Made by a program: the position numbers and the translations under genes. A stretch of DNA of 60,691 nucleotides, filler included, from Chloroflexota bacterium (GTDB lineage Bacteria; Chloroflexota; Chloroflexia; QHBQ01): the NCBI GenBank assembly GCA_043754535.1. It is 2 parts of 2 records of this genome, joined end to end, with 100 filler letters (N's around TTAATTAATTAA, not from the genome) between each part and the next. Parts side by side here need not be neighbours in the genome. Positions count along the whole stretch, not along the records: positions 30,447 to 60,691 come from JAYUUN010000097.1; 1 more part is not named here. One strand, 5' to 3'. A model generated the notes under the pieces. The model ran no database searches and was not told where the DNA came from. It saw nothing but the letters and a program-made list of their open reading frames with translations. Of this stretch, positions 60,634 through 60,691 are shown one piece after another (the stretch's first letter is position 1; each line of letters opens with the position of its first letter).

Positions 60634-60691
60634 ATGGCGAGGCTGGCGGCATCGTCAGCTCAACAATACTAATGGCTCATTTGTTACGAGC

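Overview
GC-rich bacterial DNA whose gene content suggests Chloroflexota (inference from gene families, not a database result). The window is two pieces joined by an artificial 100-nt spacer (N44-TTAATTAATTAA-N44, 30347-30446), so adjacency across that point is unsupported. The left part holds a REC-degenerate GGDEF / left-handed beta-helix / V4R group, a DUF512 radical-SAM-like gene, rsmE, mreB, a complete F1Fo ATP synthase operon, a large membrane TPR protein, and yebC-ruvC-GNAT-tlyA-nadK-buk. The standout is a co-oriented five-ORF block between rsmE and mreB (7029-12152). It encodes a small GTPase with recognisable matches to all five eukaryotic RabF motifs, two paralogous proteins that look like longin plus roadblock-like fusions, a stand-alone Roadblock/LC7 protein, and tandem V4R (Bet3/TRAPP-related fold) domains. 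This is the fold inventory of a Rab plus TRAPP/Mon1-Ccz1-type GEF module, as seen in eukaryotes and Asgard archaea, but here in a bacterium. The longin assignment is pattern-based and needs structural confirmation. The right part is an accessory secretome and regulatory region: FxLYD lipoproteins (one pseudogenised), two paralogous HTH-STAND-TPR regulators with phased direct-repeat arrays nearby, a Ser/Thr kinase plus FHA-wHTH pair, DUF1800/DUF1501, and two KP-43-like S8 subtilases. One subtilase is a 3395-aa surface protein that also carries a GHSxG hydrolase domain and SLH repeats. Several single-base lesions (ruvC end, V4R linker, FxLYD copy) may be real or assembly errors. No rRNA, tRNA, CRISPR array or IS element was recognised.
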